This document shows positions 45,801-60,800 of a stretch of DNA of 64,000 nt, one piece after another (position 1 is the first letter of the stretch; every line of letters begins with the position of its first letter). Under the pieces are notes generated by a model. The model was given only the letters and a program-made list of their open reading frames with translations, searched no databases and was not told where the DNA came from. The position numbers and the translations under genes were made by a program. Source of the DNA: Octopus sinensis (lineage: Eukaryota); the NCBI RefSeq assembly GCF_006345805.1, contig NW_021833252.1:1-64000 (forward strand), written 5' to 3'.

Positions 45801-48800
45801 ACTTGGCTTTATTGAAAAAATTCTATAGTGGATCTTTTCCTTTTGAACGGCACACAATTTCTAGTTAACTAAACACGTTAAACTTCGTATACTGGTAGAT
45901 TGTTTTTATAAAACATCTTTTTCTCTTGGCTTTATTGAGAAAATTCTATAGTGGATCTTTTCCTTTTGAAAGGTACACAATTTCTAGTTAACTAAACACT
46001 GTTAAACTTCGTCTACTGGTAGATTGTTTTTATAAAACATCGTTTACACTTGGCTTTATTGAGAAAATTCTATAGTGGATCTTTTCCTTTTGAACGGCAC
46101 ACAATTTCTAGTTAACTAAACACGTTAAACTTCGTATACTGGTAGATTGTTTTTATAAAACATCTTTTTCTCTTGGCTTTATTGAGAAAATTCTATAGTG
46201 GATCTTTTCCTTTTGAACGGTACACAATTTCTAGTTAACTAAACACTGTTAAACTTCGTATACTGGTAGATTGTTTTTATAAAACATCTTTTTCTCTTGG
46301 CTTTATTGAGAAAATTCTATAGTGGATCTTTTCCTTTTGAACGGCACACAATTTCTAGTTAACTAAACGCTGTTAAACTTCGTTTAATTGTAGAATGTGT
46401 TTATAAAACATCTTTTTCTCTTGGCTTTATTGAGAAAATTCTATAGTGGATCTTTTCTTTTTTAACGGTACACAAATTCTAGTAAACAAAACACTTTTAA
46501 ACTTCGAATACCGGTAGATTGTGTTTATAAAACATCTTTTTCTCATGGCTCTATTCAGAAAATTCTATAGTGGATCTTTTCCTTTTGAACGTTACACAAT
46601 TTTTAGTTAACTAAACGCTTTTAAACTTCGTATACTGGTAGAATGTGTTTATACAACATCTGTTTGTTTTGTCTTTATTGAGAAAATATAATAGTGCATC
46701 TTTTCCTTTTGAACGGTACACAATATCTAGTTAACTAAATGCTTTTAAACTTCGTATGCTGGTAGATTGTTTGTATAAAACATCTTTTTCTCTTGGCTTT
46801 ATTGAGAAAATTCTACAGTGGATCTTTTCCTTTTGAACGGCACACAATTTCTAGTTAACTAAACACTTTTAAACTTCGTATACTGGTAGAATGTCTTTAT
46901 AAAACATCTTTTTCTCTTGGCTTTATTGAGAAAATTCTATAGTGGATTTTTTCCTTTTGAACGGTACACAATTTGTAATTAACAAAGCACTTTTAAACTT
47001 CGTATACTGGTAGAATGTGTTTATAAAACATCTTTTTCTCTTGGCTTTATTGAGAAAATTCTATAGTGGATTTTTTCCTTTTGAACGGTACACAATTTGT
47101 AATTAACAAAGCACTTTTAAACTTCGTATACTTGTAGAATGTGTTTATAAAACATCTTTTTCTCTTGGCTTTTTTGAGAGATTTCTATAGTGGATCTTTT
47201 CCTTTTGAACGGTACACAATTTCTAGTTAACTAAACACGTTAAACTTCGTATACTGGTAGATTGTTTTTATAAAGCATCGTTTTCTCTTGGCTTTATTGA
47301 CAAAATTCTATAGTGGATCTTTTCCTTTTGAACGGCAGACAATTTCTAGTTAACTAAACACGTTAAACTTCGTATACTGGTAGATTGTTTTTATAAAACA
47401 TCTTTTTTCTCTGGCTTTATTGAGAAAATTCTATAGTGGATCTTTCCCTTTTGAAAGGTACACAATTTCTAGTTAACTAAACACTGTTAAACTTCTTATA
47501 CTGGTAGATTGTTTTTATAAAACATCGTTTTCACTTGGCTTTATTGAGAAAATTCTATAGTGGATCTTTTCCTTTTGAACGGCACACAATTTCTAGTTAA
47601 CTAAACACGTTAAACTTCGTATACTGGTAGATTGTTTTTATAAAACATCTTTTTCTCTTGGCTTTATTGAGAAAATTCTATAGTGGATCTTTTCCTTTTG
47701 AAAGGCACACAATTTCTACTTAACTAAACGCTTCTAAACTTCGTTTACTTGTAGAATGTGTTTATAAAACATCTTTTTCTCTTGGCTTTATTGAGAAAAT
47801 TCTATAGTGGATTTTTTCCTTTTGAACGGTACACAATTTGTAATTAACAAAGCACTTTTAAACTTCGTATACTGGTAGAATGTGTTTATAAAACATCTTT
47901 TTCTCTTGGCTTTATTGAGAAAATTCTATAGTGGATCTTTTCCTTTTGAACGGCACACAATTTCTAGTTAACTAAACGCTTTTAAACTTCGTATACTGGT
48001 AGAATATGTTTATAAAACATCTTTTTCTCTTGGCTTTATTGTGAAAATTCTATAGTGGATCTTTCCCTTTTGAAAGGTACACAATTTCTAGTTAACTAAA
48101 CACTTTTAAACTTCGTATACTGGTAGATTGTTTGTATATAAAATGTTTTTCTCTTGGCCTTATTGAGAAAATTGTATAGTGGATCTTTTCCTTTTGAACG
48201 GCTCACAATTTCTAGTTAACTAAACACGTTAAACTTCGTATACTGGTAGATTGTTTTTATAAAACATCGTTTTCTCTTGGCTTTATTGAGAAAATTCTAT
48301 AGTGGATCTTTTCCTTTTGAACGGCAGACAATTTCTAGTTAACTAAACACGTGAAACTTCGTATACTGGTAGATTGTTTTTATAAAACATCTTTTTCTTG
48401 GCTTTATTGAGAAAATTCTATAGTGTATCTTCCCTTTTGAAAGGTACACAATTTCTAGTTAACTAAACACTGTTAAACTTCGTCTACTGGTAGATTGTTT
48501 TTATAAAACATCGTTTACACTTGGCTTTATTGAAAAAATTCTATAGTGGATCTTTTCCTTTTGAACGGCACACAATTTCTAGTTAACTAAACACGTTAAA
48601 CTTCGTATACTGGTAGATTGTTTTTATAAAACATCTTTTTCTCTTGGCTTTATTGAGAAAATTCTATAGTGGATCTTTTCCTTTTGAAAGGTACACAATT
48701 TCTAGTTAACTAAACACTGTTAAACTTCGTCTACTGGTAGATTGTTTTTATAAAACATCGTTTACACTTGGCTTTATTGAGAAAATTCTATAGTGGATCT

Positions 48801-51800
48801 TTTCCTTTTGAACGGCACACAATTTCTAGTTAACTAAACACTTTTAAACTTCGTATACTGGTAGATTGTTTTTATAAAACATCTTTTTCTCTTGGCTTTA
48901 TTGAGAAAATTCTATAGTGGATCTTTTCCTTTTGAACGGTACACAATTTCTAGTTAACTAAACACTGTTAAACTTCGTATACTGGTAGATTGTTTTTATA
49001 AAACATCTTTTTCTCTTGGCTTTATTGAGAAAATTCTATAGTGGATCTTTTCCTTTTGAACGGCACACAATTTCTAGTTAACTAAACGCTGTTAAACTTC
49101 GTTTAATTGTAGAATGTGTTTATAAAACATCTTTTTCTCTTGGCTTTATTGAGAAAATTCTATAGTGGATCTTTTCTTTTTTAACGGTACACAATTTCTA
49201 GTTAACTAAACACTTTTAAACTTCGAATACCGGTAGATTGTGTTTATAAAACATCTTTTTCTCATGGCTCTATTCAGAAAATTCTATAGTGGATCTTTTC
49301 CTTTTGAACGTTACACAATTTTTAGTTAACTAAACGCTTTTAAACTTCGTATACTGGTAGAATGTGTTTATACAACATCTGTTTGTTTTGTCTTTATTGA
49401 GAAAATATATAGTGCATCTTTTCCTTTTGAACGGTACACAATATCTAGTTAACTAAATGCTTTTAAACTTCGTATGCTGGTAGATTGTTTGTATAAAACA
49501 TCTTTTTCTCTTGGCTTTATTGAGAAAATTCTATAGTGGATCTTTTCCTTTTGAACGGCACACAATTTCTAGTTAACTAAACGCTTTTAATCTTCGTATA
49601 CTGGTAGAATGTGTTTATAAAACATCTTTTTCTCTTGGCTTTATTGAGAAAATTCTATAGTGGATTTTTTCCTTTTGAACGGTACACAATTTGTAATTAA
49701 CAAAGCACTTTTAAACTTCGTATACTGGTAGAATGTGTTTATAAAACATCTTTTTCTCTTGGCTTTATTGAGAAAATTCTATAGTGGATTTTTTCCTTTT
49801 GAACGGTACACAATTTGTAATTAACAAAGCACTTTTAAACTTCGTATACTTGTAGAATGTGTTTATAAAACATCTTTTTCTCTTGGCTTTATTGAGAAAA
49901 TTCTATAGTGGATTTTTTCCTTTTGAACGGTACCCAATTTGTAATTAACAAAACACTTTTAAACTTCGTATACTGGTAGAATGTGATTATACATCTTTTT
50001 CTCTTGGCTTTATTGTGAAAATTCTATAGTGGATTTTTTCCTTTTGAACGGTACACAATTTGTAATTAACAAAGCACTTTTAAACTTCGTATACTGGTAG
50101 AATGTGTTTATAAAACATCTTTTTGTCTTGGCTTTATTGAGAAAATTCTATAGTGGATTTTTTCCTTTTGAACGGTACACAATTTGTAATTAACAAAGCA
50201 CTTTTAAACTTCGTATACTGGTAGAATGTGTTTATAACACATCTTTTTCTCTTGGCTTTATTGAGAAAATTCTATAGTGGATCTTTTCCTTTTGAACGGC
50301 ACACAATTACTAGTTAACTAAACGCTTTTAAACTTCGTATATGGTAGAATGTGTCTATAAAACATATTTTTCTCTTGGCTTTATTGTGAAGATTCTATGG
50401 TGGATCTTTTCCTTTTGAACGGCACACAATTTCTATTTAAGTAAACACTTTTAAACTTCGTATACTGGTAGAATGTGTTTATAAAACATCTTTTTCTCTT
50501 GGCTTCATTGAGAAAATTCTATAGTGGATCTTTTCCTTTTGAACGGCTCACAATTTCTAGTTAACTAAACACTTTTTAACTTCGTATGCTGGTAGAATGT
50601 GTTTATAAAACATGTTTTTCTCTTGGCTTTATTGAGAAAATTCTATAGTGGATCTTTTCCTTTTGAACGGCACACAATTTCTAGTTAACTAAACACTTTT
50701 AAACTTCGTATACTGGTAGAATATGTTTATAAAACATCTTTTTCTCTTGGCTTTATTGAGAAAATTCTATAGTGGATTTTTTCCTTTTGAACGGTACAGA
50801 ATTTGTAATTAACAAAGCACTTTTAAACTTCGTATACTGGTAGAATGTGTTTATGAAACATCTTTTTCTCTTGGCTTTATTGAGAAAATTCTATAGTGGA
50901 TCTTTTCCTTTTGAACGCCACATAATTTCTAATTAACAAAACACTTTTAAACTTCGTATACTGGTAGAATGTGTTTATAAAACATCTTTTTCTCTTGGCT
51001 TTATTGAGAAAATTCTATAGTGGATCTTTTCCTTTTGAAGGCAACATAATTTCTAATTAACAAAACACTTTTACACTTCGTATACTGGTAGAATGTGTTT
51101 ATAAAACATCTTTTTCTCTTGGCTTTATTGAGAAAATTCTATAGTGGATCTTTTCCTTTTGAACGGTACACGATATCTAGTTAACTAAACGCTTGTAAAC
51201 TTCGTATACTGGTAGAATGTGTTTATAAAACATCTTTTTCTCTTGGCTTTATTGAGAAAATTCTATAGTGGATCTTTTCCTTTTGAACGGCACACAATTT
51301 CTAGTTAACTAAACACTTTTAAACTTCGTATACTGGTAGAATATGTTTATAAAACATCTTTTTCTCTTGGCTTTATTGAGAAAATTCTATAGTGGATTTT
51401 TTCCTTTTGAACGGTACAGAATTTGTAATTAACAAAGCACTTTTAAACTTCGTATACTGGTAGAATGTGTTTATGAAACATCTTTTTCTCTTGGCTTTAT
51501 TGAGAAAATTCTATAGTGGATCTTTTCCTTTTGAACGCCACATAATTTCTAATTAACAAAACACTTTTAAACTTCGTATACTGGTAGAATGTGTTTATAA
51601 AACATCTTTTTCTCTTGGCTTTATTGAGAAAATTCTATAGTGGATCTTTTCCTTTTGAAGGCAACATAATTTCTAATTAACAAAACACTTTTAAACTTCG
51701 TATACTGGTAGAATGTGTTTATAAAACATCTTTTTCTCTTGGCTTTATTGAGAAAATTCTATAGTGGATCTTTTCCTTTTGAACGGTACACGATATCTAG

Positions 51801-54800
51801 TTAACTAAACGCTTGTAAACTTCGTATACTGGTAGAATGTGTTTATAAAACATCTTTTTCTCTTGGCTTTATTGAGAAAATTCTATAGTGGATCTTTTCC
51901 TTTTGAACGGCACACAAATTCTAGTTAACTAAACACTTTAAACTTCGTATACTGGTAGAATGTGTTTATAAAACATCTTTTTCTCTTGGCTTTTTTGAGA
52001 GATTTCTATAGTGGATCTTTTTCTTTTGAACGGTACACAATTTCTAGTTAACTAAACACGTTAAACTTCGTATACTGGTAGAATGTGTTTATAAAACATC
52101 TTTTTCTCTTGGCTTCATTGAGAAAATTCTATAGTGGATCTTTTCCTTTTGAACGGTACACGATATCTAGTTAACTAAACGCTTTTAAACATCGTATACT
52201 GGTAGAATGTGTTTATAAAACATCTTTTTCTCTTGGCTTTATTGAGAAAATTCTATAGTGGATCTTTTCCTTTTGAACGGCACACAAATTCTAGTTAACT
52301 AAACTCGTTAAACTTCGTATACTGGTAGATTGTTTTTATAAAACATCGTTTTCTCTTGGCTTTATTGAGAAAATTCTATAGTGGATCTTTTCCTTTTGAA
52401 CGGCAGACAATTTCTAGTTAACTAAACTCGTTAAACTTCGTATACTGGTAGATTGTTTTTATAAAACATCTTTTTCTCTTGGCATTATTGAGAAAATTCT
52501 ATAGTGGATCTTTCCCTTTTGAAAGGTACACAATTTCTAGTTAACTAAACACTGTTAAACTTCGTATACTGGTAGATTGTTTTTATAAAACATCGTTTTC
52601 ACTTGGCTTTATTGAGAAAATTCTATAGTGGATCTTTTCCTTTTGAACGGCACACAATTTCTAGTTAACTAAACACGTTAAACTTCGTATACTGGTAGAT
52701 TGTTTTTATAAAACATCTTTTTCTCTTGGCTTTATTGAGAAAATTCTATAGTGGATCTTTTCCTTTTGAACGGTACACAATTTCTAGTTAACTAAACACT
52801 GTTAAACTTCGTTTACTTGTAGAATGTGTTTATAAAACATCTTTTACTCTTGGCTTTATTGAGAAAATTCTATAGTGGATCTTTTCCTTTGTAACGGTAC
52901 ACAATTTCTAGTTAACAAAACACTTTTAAACTTCGAATACCGGTAGAATGTGTTTATAAAACATCTTTTTCTCATGGCTCTATTGAGAAAATTCTATTGT
53001 GGATTTTTTCCTTTTGAACGGTACACAATTTCTAGTTAACTAAACGCTTTTAAACTTCGTATACTGGTAGAATGTGTTTATACAACATCTGTTTGTTTTG
53101 TCTTTATTGAGAAAATATAATAGTGGATCTTTTCCTTTTGAACGGTACACGATATCTAGTTAACTAAACGCTTGTAAACTTCGTATACTGGTAGAATGTG
53201 TTTATACATCTTTTTCTCTTGGCTTTATTGATAAAATTCTATAGTGGATCTTTTCCTTTTGAACGGTACACAATTTCTTGTTAACGAAACGCTTTTAAAC
53301 TTCGTATACTGGTAGAATGTGTTTATAAAACATCTTTTTCTCTTGGCTTTATTGAGAAAATTGTATAGTGGATCTTTCCCTTTTGAACGCCACATATTTT
53401 CTAATTAACAAAACACTTTTAAACTTCGTATACTGGTAGAATGTGTTTATAAAACATCTTTTTCTCTTGGCTTTATTGAGAAAATTCTATAGTAGATCTT
53501 TTCCTTTTGAACGAAATACAATTTCTAGTTAACTAAACACTTTTATACTTCGTATACTGGTAGATTGTTTTTATAAAACATCTTTTTCTCTTGGCTTTAT
53601 TGAGAAAATTCTATAGTGGATCTTTTCCTTTTGAACGGTACACAATTTCTAGTTAACAAAACGCTTTGAAACTTCGTATACTGGTAGAATGTGTTTATAA
53701 AACATCTTTTTCTCTTGGCTTTATTGAGAAAATTCTATAGTGGATCTTTTCCTTTTGAACGCCACATAATTTCTAATTAACAAAACACTTTTAAACTTCG
53801 TATACTGGTAGAATGTGTTTATAAAACATCTTTTTCTCTTGGCTTTATTGAGAAAATTCTATAGTGGATCTTTTCCTTTTGAACGAAATACAATTTCTAG
53901 TTAACTAAACACTTTTAAACTTCGTATACTGGTAGATTGTTTTTATAAAACATCTTTTTCTCTTGGCTTTATTGAGAAAATTCTATAGTGGATCTTTTCC
54001 TTTTGAACGGTACAAAATTTCTAGTTAACAAAACGCTTTGAATCTTCGTATACTGGTAGAATATGTTTATAACACATCTTTTTCTCTTGGTTTTATTGAG
54101 AAAATTCTATAGTGGATCTTTTCCTTTTGAACGGCACACAATTTCTAGTTAACTAAACAGTTTGAAACTTCGTATGCTGGTAGAATGTGTTTATAAAACA
54201 TCTTTTTCTCTTGGCTTTCTTGAGAAAATTCTATAGTGGATTTTTTCCTTTTGAACGGTACACAATTTGTAATTAACAAAGCACTTTTAAACTTCGTATA
54301 CTGGTAGAATGTGTTTATAAAACATCTTTTTCTCTTGGCTTTATTGAGAAAATTCTATAGTGGATCTTTTCCTTTTGAACGGTACACAATTTGTAATTAA
54401 CAAAGCACTTTTAAACTTCGGATACTGGTAGAATGTGTTTATAAAACATCTTTTTCTTTTGGCTTTATTGAGAAAATTCTATAGTGGATCTTTTCCTTTT
54501 GAACGGTACACAATTTGTAATTAACAAAGCACTTTTAAACTTGGGATACTGGTAGAATGTGTTTATAAAACATCTTTTTCTCTTGGCTTTATTGAGAAAA
54601 TTCTATAGTGGATTTTTTCCTTTTGAACGGTACACAATTTGTAATTAACAAAGCACTTTTAAACTTCGTATACTGGTAGAATGTGTTTATAAAACATCTT
54701 TTTCTCTTGGCTTTATTTAGAAAATTCTATAGTGGATTTTTTCCTTTTGAACGGTACACAATTTGTAATTAACAAAACACTTTTAAACTTCGTATACTGG

Positions 54801-57800
54801 TAGAATGTGTTTATACATCTTTTTCTCTTGGCTTTATTGAGAAAATTCTATAGTGGATTTTTTCCTTTTGAACGGTACACAATTTGTAATTAACAAAGCA
54901 CTTTTAAACTTCGTATACTGGTAGAATGTGTTTATAAAATATCTTTTTCTCTTGGCTTTATTGAGAAAATTCTATAGTGGATTTTTTCCTTTTGAACGGT
55001 ACACAATTTGTAATTAACAAAGCACTTTTAAACTTCGTATACTGGTAGAATGTGTTTATAAAACATCTTTTTCTCTTGGCTTTATTGAGAAAATTCTATA
55101 GTGGATTTTTCCTTTTGAACGGTACACAATTGTAATTAACAAAGCACTTTTAAACTTCGTATACTGGTAGAATGTATTTATAAAACATATTTTTTCTCTT
55201 GGCTTTGTTTAGAAAATTCGATAGTGGATTTTTTCCTTTTGAACGGTACACAATTTGTAGTTAACTAAACACTTTTAAACTTCGTACACTGGTAGAATGT
55301 GTTTATAAAACATCTATTTCTCTTGGCTTTTTTTGAGAAAGTTCAATAGTGGATCTTTTCCTTTTGAACGGCACACAATTTCTAGGTAACTAAACACTTT
55401 TAAACTTCGTAAACTGGTAGATTGTTTGTATAAAACATCTTTTTCTCTTGGCTTTATTGACAAAATTCTATAGTGGATCTTTTCCTTTTGAACGGCTCAC
55501 ATTTTCTAGTTAACTAAACGCTTTTAAACTTCGTATACTGGTAGAATGTGTTTATAAATCATCTTTTTCACTTGGCTTTATTGTGAAGATTCTATGGTGG
55601 ATCTTTTCCTTTTGAACGGCACACAATTTCTATTTAAGTAAACATTTTGAAACTTCGTATACTGGTAGATTGTTTGTTTATAACATGTTTTTCTCTTGGC
55701 TTTATTGAGAAAATTCTATAGTGGATTTTTTCCTTTTGAACGGTACACAATTTGTAATTAACAAAGCACTTTTAAACTTCGTATACTGGTAGAATGTGTT
55801 TATAAAACATCTTTTTCTCTTGGCTTTATTGAGAAAATTCTATAGTGGATTTTTTCCTTTTGAACGGTACACAATTTGTAATTAACAAAGCACTTTTAAA
55901 CTTCGTATACTGGTAGAATGTGTTTATAAAACATCTTTTTTCGTGGCTTTATTGAGAAAATTCTATAGTGGATCTTTTCCATTTGAACGGTACACAATTT
56001 CTAGTTAACAAAACGCTTTGAAACTTCGTATACTGGTAGAATGTGTTTATAAAACATCTTTTTCTCTTGGCTTTATTGAGAAAATTCTATAGTGGATCTT
56101 TTCCTTTTGAACGAAATACAATTTCTAGTTAACTAAACACTTTTAAACTTCGTATACTGGTAGATTGTTTTTATAAAACATCTTTTTCTCTTGGCTTTAT
56201 TGAGAAAATTCTATAGTGGATTTTTTCCTTTTGAACGGTACACAATTTGTAATTAACAAAACACTTTTAAACTTCGTATACTGGTAGAATGTGTTTATAA
56301 AACATCTTTTTCTCTTGGCTTTATTGAGAAAACTCTATAGTGGATCTTTTCCTTTTGAACGGTACACAATTTGTAATTAACAAAACACTTTTAAACTTCG
56401 TATACTTGTAGAATGTGTTTATAAAACATCTTTTTCTCTTGGCTTTATTGAGAAAATTCTATAGTGGATTTTTTCCATTTGAACGGTACACAATTTGTAA
56501 TTAACAAAGCACTTTTAAACTTCGTATACTGGTAGAATGTGTTTATAAAATATCTTTTTCTCTTGGCTTTATTGAGAAAATTCTATAGTGGATTTTTCCC
56601 TTTTGAACGGTACACAATTTGTAATTAACAAAGCACTTTTAAACTTCGTATACTGGTAGAATGTGTTTATAAAACATCTTTTTCTCTTGGCTTTATTGAC
56701 AAAATTCTATAGTGGATTTTTTCCTTTTGAACGGTACACAATTTGTAATTAACAAAGCACTTTTAAACTTCGTATACTGGTAGAATGTATTTATAAAACA
56801 TATTTTTTCTCTTGGCTTTGTTTAGAAAATTCTATAGTGGATTTTTACCTTTTGAACGGTACACAATTTGTAGTTAACTAAACACTTTTAAACTTCGTAC
56901 ACTGGTAGAATGTTTTATAAAACATCTATTTCTCTTGGCTTTTTGAGAAAGTTCTATAGTGGATCTTTTCCTTTTGAACGGCACACAATTTCTAGGTAAC
57001 TAAACACTTTTAAACTTCGTATACTGGTAGATGTTTGTATAAAACATCTTTTTCTCTTGGCTTTATTGACAAAATTCTATAGTGGATCTTTTCCTTTTGA
57101 ACGGCTCACAATTTCTAGTTAACTAAACACATTTTAAACTTCGTATACTGGTAGAATGTGTTTATAAAACATTTTTCTCTTGGCTTTATTGAGAAAATTC
57201 TATAGTGGATCTTTTCCTTTTGAACGGCACACAATTTCTAGTTAACTAAAAACTTTTAAACTTCGTATACTGGTAGAATGTGTTTATAAAACATCTTTTT
57301 CTCTTGGCTTTATTGAGAAAATTCTATAGTGGATTTTTTCCTTTTGAACGGTACACAATTTGTAATTAACAAAGCACTTTTAAACTTCGTATACTGGTAG
57401 TAGAATGTGTTTATAAAACATCTTTTCTCTTGGCTTTATTGAGAAAATTCTATAGTGGATTTTTTCCTTTTGAACGGTACACAATTTGTAATTAACAAAG
57501 CACTTTTAACCTTCGTATACTGGTAGAATGTGTTTATAAAACATCTTTTCTCTTGGCTTTATTGAGAAAATTCTGTAGTGGATTTTTTCCTTTTGAACGG
57601 TACACAATTTGTAATTAACAAAGCACTTTTAAACTTCGTATACTGGTAGAATGTGTTTATAAAACATCTTTTTCTCGTGGCTTTATTGAGAAAATTCTAT
57701 AGTGGATTTTTTCCATTTGAACGGTACACAATTTCTAGTTAACAAAACGCTTTGAAACTTCGTATACTGGTAGAATGTGTTTGTAAAACATCTTTTTCTC

Positions 57801-60800
57801 TTGGCTTTATTGAGAAAATTCTATCGTGGATCTTTTCCTTTTGAACGAAATACAATTTCTAGTTAACTAAACACTTTTAAACTTCGTATACTGGTAGATT
57901 GTTTTTATAAAACATCTTTTTCTCTTGGCTTTATTGAGAAAATTCTATAGTGGATTTTTTCCTTTTGCACGGTACACAATTTGTAATTTACAAAACACTT
58001 TTAAACTTCGTATACTGGTAGAATGTGTTTATAAAACATCTTTTTCTCTTGGCTATATTGAGAAAACTCTATAGTGGATCTTTTCCTTTTGAACGGTACA
58101 CAATTTGTAATTAACAAAACACTTTTAAACTTCGTATACTGGAAGAATGTGTTTATAAGACATCTTTTTCTCTTGGCTTTATTGAGAAAATTCTATAGTG
58201 GATTTTTTCCTTTTGAACGGTACACAATTTATAATTAACAAAGCACTTTTAAACTTCGTATACTGGTAGAATGTGTTTATAAAACATCTTTTTCTCTTGG
58301 CTTTATTGAGAAAATTCTATAGTGGATTTTTTCCTTTTGAACGGTACACAATTTGTAATTAACAAAGCACTTTTAAACTTCGTATACTGGTAGAATGTAT
58401 TTATAAAACATATTTTTTCTCTTGGCTTTGTTTAGAAAATTGTATAGTGGATTTTTTCCTTTTGAACGGTACACAATTTGTAGTTAACTAAACACTTTTA
58501 AACTTCGTACAGTGGTAGAATGTGTTTATAAAACATCTATTTCTCTTGGCTTTTTTTGAGAAAGTTCAATAGTGGATCTTTTCCTTTTGAACGGCACACA
58601 ATTTCTAGGTAACTAAACACTTTTAAACTTCGTAAACTGGTAGATTGTTTGTATAAAACATCTTTTTCTCTTGGCTTTATTGACAAAATTCTATAGTGGA
58701 TCTTTTCCTTTTGAACGGCTCACATTTTCTAGTTAACTAAACGCTTTTAAACTTCGTATACTGGTAGAATGTGTTTTATAAATCATCTTTTCACTGGCTT
58801 TATTGTGAAGATTCATTATGGTGGATCTTTTCCTTTTGAACGGCACACAATTTCTATTTAAGTAAACATTTTGAAACTTCGTATACTGGTAGATTGTTTG
58901 TTTATAACATGTTTTTCTCTTGGCTTTATTGAGAAAATTCTATAGTGGATTTTTTCTTTGAACGGTACACAATTGTAATTAACAAAGCACTTTTAACTTC
59001 GTATACTGGTAGAATGTGTTTATAAAACATCTTTTTCTCTTGGCTTTATTGAGAAAATTCTATAGTGGATTTTTTCCTTTTGAACGGTACACAATTTGTA
59101 ATTAACAAAGCACTTTAAACTTCGTATACTGGTAGAATGTGTTTTATAAAACATCTTTTCGTGGCTTTATTGAGAAAATTCTATAGTGGATTTTTCCATT
59201 TGAACGGTACACAATTTCTAGTTAACAAAACGCTTTGAAACTTCGTATACTGGTAGAATGTGTTTAAAAACATCTTTTTCTCTTGGCTTATTGAGAAAAT
59301 TCTATAGTGGATCTTTTCCTTTTGAACGAAATACAATTGTAGTTAACTAAACACTTTTAAACTTCGTATACTGGAGATTGTTTTTATAAAACATCTTTTT
59401 CTCTTGGCTTTATTGAGAAAATTCTATAGTGGATTTTTTCCTTTTGAACGGTACACAATTTGTAATTAACAAAACACTTTTAAACTTCGTATACTGGTAG
59501 AATTGTTTATAAAACATCTTTTCTCTTGGCTTTATTGAGAAAACTCTATAGTGGATCTTTTCCTTTTGAACGGTACACAATTTGTAATTAACAAAACACT
59601 TTTAAACTTCGTATACTTGTAGAATGTGTTTATAAAACATCTTTTTCTCTTGGCTTTATTGAGAAAATTCTATAGTGGATTTTTTCCATTTGAACGGTAC
59701 ACAATTTGTAATTAACAAAGCACTTTTAAACTTCGTATACTGGTAGAATGTGTTTATAAAACATCTTTTTCTCTTGGCTTTATTGAGAAAATTCTATAGT
59801 GGATTTTTTCCTTTTGAATGGTACACAATTTGTAATTAACAAAGCACTTTTAAACTTCGTATACTGGTAGAATGTATTTATAAAACATATTTTTTCTCTT
59901 GGCTTTATTTAGAAAATTCTATAGTGGATTTTTTCCTTTTTAAACGGTACACAATTGTAGTTAACTAAACACTTTTAAACTTAGTATACTTAGAATATGT
60001 GTAATATGTTTATAAAACATTATTTCTCTTGGCTTTATTGAGAAAATTCTATAGTGGACCTTTTCCTTTTGAACGGCACACAATTTCTAGGTAACTAAAC
60101 ACTTTTAAACTTCGTAAACTGGTAGATTGTGTTATAAAACATCTTTTTCTCTTGCTTTATTGAGAAAATTCTATAGTGGATCTTTTCCTTTTGAACGGTA
60201 CACAATCTAGTTAACTAAAACGCTTTTAATCTTCGTATACTGGTAGAATGTGTTTATAAAACATCTTTTTCTCTTGGCTTTATTGAGAAAATTCTATAGT
60301 GGATTTTTTCCTTTTGAACGGTACACAATTGTAATTAACAAAGCACTTTTAACTTCGTATACTGGTAGAATGTGTTTATAAAATATCTTTTTCTTTCTTG
60401 GCTTTATTGAGAAAATTCTATAGTGGATTTTTCCTTTTGAACGGTACACAATTTGTAATTAACAAGCACTTTTAAACTTCGTATACTGGTAGAATGTGTT
60501 TATAAAACATCTTTTTCTCTTGGCTTTATTGACAAAATTCTATAGTGGATTTTTTCCTTTTGAACGGTACACAATTTGTAATTAACAAAGCACTTTTAAA
60601 CTTCGTATACTGGTAGAATGTATTTATAAAACATATTTTTTCTCTTGGCTTTGTTTAGAAAATTCTATAGTGGATTTTTACCTTTTGAACGGTACACAAT
60701 TTGTCGTTAACTAAACACTTTTAAACTTCGTACACTGGTAGAATGTGTTTATAAAACATCTATTTCTCTTGGCTTTTTTGAGAAAGTTCTATAGTGGATC